DNA of 64,000 nucleotides from Escherichia coli (GTDB lineage Bacteria; Pseudomonadota; Gammaproteobacteria; Enterobacterales; Enterobacteriaceae): NCBI RefSeq assembly GCF_046105845.1, contig NZ_CP151004.1; one strand, 5' to 3'. Shown piece by piece: positions 59,135 to 64,000 of this stretch (position 1 is its first letter; each line of letters starts with the position of its first letter). The notes under the pieces were generated by a model. It saw only the letters and a program-made list of their open reading frames with translations, ran no database searches and was not told where the DNA came from. The position numbers and the translations under genes were made by a program.

Positions 59135-60343
59135 TCAGGCTGTCGCCTGAATCATTTCGGTGGGTTCCTGCTTCAACGAGCGGCCTGACTGCACCATCTC
59201 TCCACAGGCAAGAACGGCGTGCCCCGCCGCTAAAATGTTACGAGCGCCGTTTACATCGGCGTTCGCTGTATATCCACATGCCTGGCATCTGAATTGACTT
59301 TGTGACAGGCGATTTTCTTTCGCTGTATGACCACAGCACGCGCAACGCTGGCTTGTGTACGCTGGCGGAACAGCAAGCACCTGACCGCCACGCCAGAGCT
59401 GCTTGTACTCAAGCTGGCGGCGCATTTCATACCAGCCCTGATCCTGTATCGAACGGTTTAAACCTGATTTTGCCCGGACATTGCGCCCCGGCTGGCTGAC
59501 CGTACCCGCTGCTGACTTTGACATGTTGCTGACCTTCAAATCCTCAATGACTATCATTGCGTGGTTTTTGCTGACGGTCGTTGTGACTTTGTGAAGGTAG
59601 TCCCTGCGGATATTTGCGATACAGGAATGCAGTCGCTGTATTTTGCGTTTCTGCTTCTGCCAGTTGTTGCTGAATTTGACCTTGCGGCTTAACTGTCGCT
59701 GAAGTCTCGCCAGCGTCTTCTGGTTTTTCTGAAAACTGTTTACAGGCCCAAAGACTGTGCCATCTGACAGCGTGGCGAGTTTAGCCACGCCAGCATCCAG
59801 CCCGACCATTGATGCTGAAGGGTGAACCGGAGTTGATACTTCATTTTCAGTCTGAATACTGATGTACCACTTACCGCAGGACTGGCTGACAGTGACATTT
59901 TTCACAACACCCGTGACCTGACGGCTATTCCGGTAGCGCATACAGCCAAGTTTCGGCAGAAAAATACGGCTGTTTTCCTGATCGAGCTTAACGCCCTGCG
60001 GGTAGCGGAATGCATCATTCTGTCCCCGCTTTTTGAATCGGGGAAAAGCAGCCCGCTTCTGGAAGAAGTTTTTGTAAGCCCGCTCAAGGTCTTTCAGTGA
60101 CTGTTGCAATGGCTGTGACGGGGCATCTTTAAGCCATTGCGTTTCAGTGGCATTTTTCCACTCAACCAGCCAGGAAGCCATTTTCCCGTAAGGGATGTAT
60201 TTATTACCGGCCTCATGATTCTCATTCTGAAGCGCCAGAGCACGATTGAAAACGAAACGACATGCGCCTGCGAAGCGCCTCATTTCACACTCCTGTTGAC
60301 CACCTGGTCTTAACTGGAATTTAAATGCCTGTAATCGTTTCAC
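59135..60343 (-). CDS. tnpB: TnpB (IS605 OrfB family; RuvC-like RNA-guided endonuclease family)
   Basis: 402-aa intact ORF with C-terminal zinc ribbon ([37 protein letters not shown]) and RuvC-like motifs; GTG start at 60341-60343. Confidence 0.9.
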   Translation of the reverse strand: MKRLQAFKFQLRPGGQQECEMRRFAGACRFVFNRALALQNENHEAGNKYIPYGKMASWLVEWKNATETQWLKDAPSQPLQQSLKDLERAYKNFFQKRAAFPRFKKRGQNDAFRYPQGVKLDQENSRIFLPKLGCMRYRNSRQVTGVVKNVTVSQSCGKWYISIQTENEVSTPVHPSASMVGLDAGVAKLATLSDGTVFGPVNSFQKNQKTLARLQRQLSRKVKFSNNWQKQKRKIQRLHSCIANIRRDYLHKVTTTVSKNHAMIVIEDLKVSNMSKSAAGTVSQPGRNVRAKSGLNRSIQDQGWYEMRRQLEYKQLWRGGQVLAVPPAYTSQRCACCGHTAKENRLSQSQFRCQACGYTANADVNGARNILAAGHAVLACGEMVQSGRSLKQEPTEMIQATA

Positions 60344-60350
60344 AGGTCAA

Positions 60351-60782
60351 ATGATACTTTGGTCTATGAAAAAAGAAACCGATATCCGGCGTGGAAAGCA
60401 TTGTGTTTTCCTGATGCATGTTCACCTGGTCTTTGTCACCAAATACCGACGCCAGATTTTTGACCATGACGCGAAAGAAAAACTACGCACTTACTTTTCA
60501 AAGGTATGTGCTGATTTTGAAGCTGAACTGGTTGAAATGGATGGCGAACCAGATCACGTCCATTTGTTAATTAACTATCCTCCCAAACTGGCGATATCCA
60601 GTCTGGTAAACAGCCTCAAAGGCGTATCGAGTAGGTGACTGCGACGAGATCGACCAGATATTGCAGTCAGGTATTACTACAAAGGCGTTTTGTGGAGTCC
60701 TGGCTATTTTGCCAGTAGCTGCGGAGGTGCGCCAATATCCGCCATCCGTCAATACATTGAACAACAGCAAACACCTGGTTAG
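60351..60782 (+). pseudogene. tnpA: IS200-type Y1 (HUH) transposase TnpA interrupted by an in-frame TGA at 60636-60638
   Basis: N-terminal part has the HUH motif (PDHVHLLINYPPKL); the same frame continues after TGA as LRRDRPDIAVRYYYKGVLWSPGYFASSCGGAPISAIRQYIEQQQTPG, carrying the expected C-terminal catalytic Tyr region. Confidence 0.75.
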
Positions 60783-60803
60783 GTGGAAAACCGCGCCTTA
60801 TAT

Positions 60804-60823
60804 CCCCGCCCTGAAGGACGGGG
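60804..60823. repeat. IS subterminal hairpin at the tnpA-proximal end
   Basis: ccccg-CCCTGAAGGA-cgggg followed by TTTT; about 10 bp from the inferred IS end. Confidence 0.6.
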
Positions 60824-60833
60824 TTTTACGGCG

Positions 60834-61055
60834 CACTGGATAAACCAGGCCAAGCGTATGCTGGTTGATCAAATAATATCCCCCAAGCGCAGCAATATTA
60901 ATATTCACCTGCAATGGGTCGCTATCTGCCTTAAAAATATTGTGTTTCTTCCCTTCATCCAATAATTCCATTAAATGCAAGTGCGCATGATTAATTTCTA
61001 AGAGACGCTGTGATTTTGCATAATGCACACCTTTACTTTGGTTTTCACTATGCAC
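60834..61055 (-). pseudogene. ytfA: ytfA N-terminal fragment, truncated by the IS insertion
   Basis: [42 protein letters not shown]... runs into the IS end, where 12 IS-derived codons and a stop follow. Confidence 0.55.
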
Positions 61056-61405
61056 AATTTTTAAAAACCTGGGATTAGCAATATAATAACCCCAGGTAAA
61101 ATCGATGATTTTTTCAATGGATTTTTGTGGCTGGTTAACCTGCTGATTAACGAACGCACCGATACCGACAGCGTAGAATAATTACATACCGCACAACAAG
61201 AATGTATGGTGTAAGGCGTTGTCAGTCATCTCCCTCCCTGGATGCATCGTTATATCCGTGATGAGCGATTTTTGATATTAATATCTTTCACCATCCGCTA
61301 TCTTCACTACTTCAGAAAACAAACTTATTTTTATTAATATCGATTATTTATTCTGTGCACATTCAGCTGCGATATTTATAAAAAAATTAAACAGGCAAAA
61401 ATACA

Positions 61406-62200
61406 ATGACATTACCAACCACTATTTATTCATTTCCTGCATATTCACCCCGTTTTTCGTCCACCGACAAACCAGTAAAATTAAAATTTCATCAATACGC
61501 ACGCGCTACATTACTTTCAAATCGTGGAAGAGATCATAATTGCGATGGCAGACATACTGTTGAGATCCACAAACTAGATCTCTCAGACTGGCAAGCATTC
61601 AATAAGTTAGCGACGAGGTGTAATGCTTACGATGGAATAACAATGAATGGTGATAATTCTTTTGGATGGAACCATGAAGCTACATTAGATAATATTCACG
61701 CCCAGAAATACAATAAAGCTTACGCGGGTGCGAGGTTAACCGCAGAACTGAAATATTTATTGCAAGATGTCGAATCCTTCGAACCCAACAGTAAATACAC
61801 AATACACGAGGTTGTTTTGGGACCTGGTTATACTACTCCAGACTATACCGGCCAATCGATAGGATACGTTGTAACCCTTCCTGCCCAAATGCCTAATTGC
61901 TGGTCATCTGAACTACCAACAATCGATCTTTATATCGACCAACTTCGCACTGTTACAGGCGTTTCTAATTCCCTCGGATTCATCATTGCTGCATTGCTAA
62001 ACGCGTATTCTGATTTACCCCATGATTTGAAAATTGGTCTGCATTCCTTATCAAGTTCAGCAGCAATCTACTCGGGTTTGGGTTTCGAGCGAGTGCCGCA
62101 GGAGCGAGACATCAGTTGCGCTCGTATGTATCTAACGCCAGCAAACCATCCTGACTTATGGACACAAGAGAATGGTGAATGGATCTACTTGCGAAACTAA
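61406..62200 (+). CDS. yjfZ: uncharacterized protein YjfZ (DUF2686)
   Basis: 264-aa ORF, AT-rich upstream region. Confidence 0.85.
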   Translation: MTLPTTIYSFPAYSPRFSSTDKPVKLKFHQYARATLLSNRGRDHNCDGRHTVEIHKLDLSDWQAFNKLATRCNAYDGITMNGDNSFGWNHEATLDNIHAQKYNKAYAGARLTAELKYLLQDVESFEPNSKYTIHEVVLGPGYTTPDYTGQSIGYVVTLPAQMPNCWSSELPTIDLYIDQLRTVTGVSNSLGFIIAALLNAYSDLPHDLKIGLHSLSSSAAIYSGLGFERVPQERDISCARMYLTPANHPDLWTQENGEWIYLRN

Positions 62201-62225
62201 TACCTGACGAAAAATAGAAAGCAAA

Positions 62226-62246
62226 ACGCCGACCACTGGTCGGCGT
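62226..62246. terminator. bidirectional rho-independent terminator between yjfZ and rplI
   Basis: acgccgaccactggtcggcgt hairpin flanked by A4 upstream and T5 downstream. Confidence 0.75.
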
Positions 62247-62270
62247 TTTTACGTCTCGTTGAATAACGAA

Positions 62271-62732
<462 letters not shown>

Positions 62733-62761
62733 TCAAAGTCGTATTAATGGACCGTGACCGA

Positions 62762-63308
<547 letters not shown>

Positions 63309-63314
63309 CAGAAA

Positions 63315-63728
<414 letters not shown>

Positions 63729-64000
63729 TTATTCAGCCTCCTGTCTGGGTCAGCCGAATCCCGGGGAGGCAAGGAACGTGTTAAAGGTCGGCTGAAAAAT
63801 GACGCGTTATAGTACTGACATACCCCGCTAAACTCAAGGCCAGCCGACAAATAAATCTCATCTTTCACCAAATCGTACTAACACGCTGATTTGAAGTTCA
63901 TCACACTTCATCATGGTGTTTTTTTGAACAACTGCATCAGAAATGGTCACCATCAACTTCTTTATCATTGATTAAAATTAAATCAGAAGATCATCACAGA

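Larger units (their letters stand above)
59089..60833. mobile_element. IS200/IS605-family insertion sequence (IS609-like) with divergent tnpB and tnpA; ends approximate (about +/-6 bp)
   Basis: tnpB and Y1-transposase tnpA back to back; matching subterminal hairpins at both ends; interrupts ytfA; boundaries inferred from ytfA reading-frame reconstruction. Confidence 0.8.

Noticed and set aside
60783-61055. Small overlapping ORFs at the tnpA-proximal IS end (plus strand 60661-60843 and 60783-60965).
   Set aside because: They are alternative frames of the tnpA C-terminal region and of the ytfA remnant; no independent support.

Overview
This window reads as a syntenic stretch of Escherichia coli core chromosome, from lptF/pepA/valS through argI, pyrBI, mgtA, treRBC, nrdDG, fbp, ytfQRT-yjfF, ppa, chpSB, tamAB, msrA, cpdB, cycA and fklB to the rpsF-priB-rpsR-rplI operon. 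All gene identifications come from reading the supplied translations against remembered protein families; no database search was run. Starts were adjusted from the ORF track where a shorter, RBS-supported start fits better. The one clearly accessory feature is an approximately 1.75 kb IS200/IS605-family (IS609-like) insertion at about 59089..60833. It carries an intact tnpB (RNA-guided nuclease family) and a tnpA interrupted by an in-frame TGA, and it splits the small gene ytfA. Other points worth a look are an 18-bp in-frame tandem repeat array inside the AT-rich gene yjgL, a pair of boxC-like GC-rich palindromic repeats after pepA and nrdD, REP/BIME clusters, several palindromic candidate operators in divergent promoters, and an intact cybC. 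I found no CRISPR array, tRNA or rRNA gene, and no convincing evidence of a previously undescribed multi-gene system; the tnpB element is the best candidate for follow-up.
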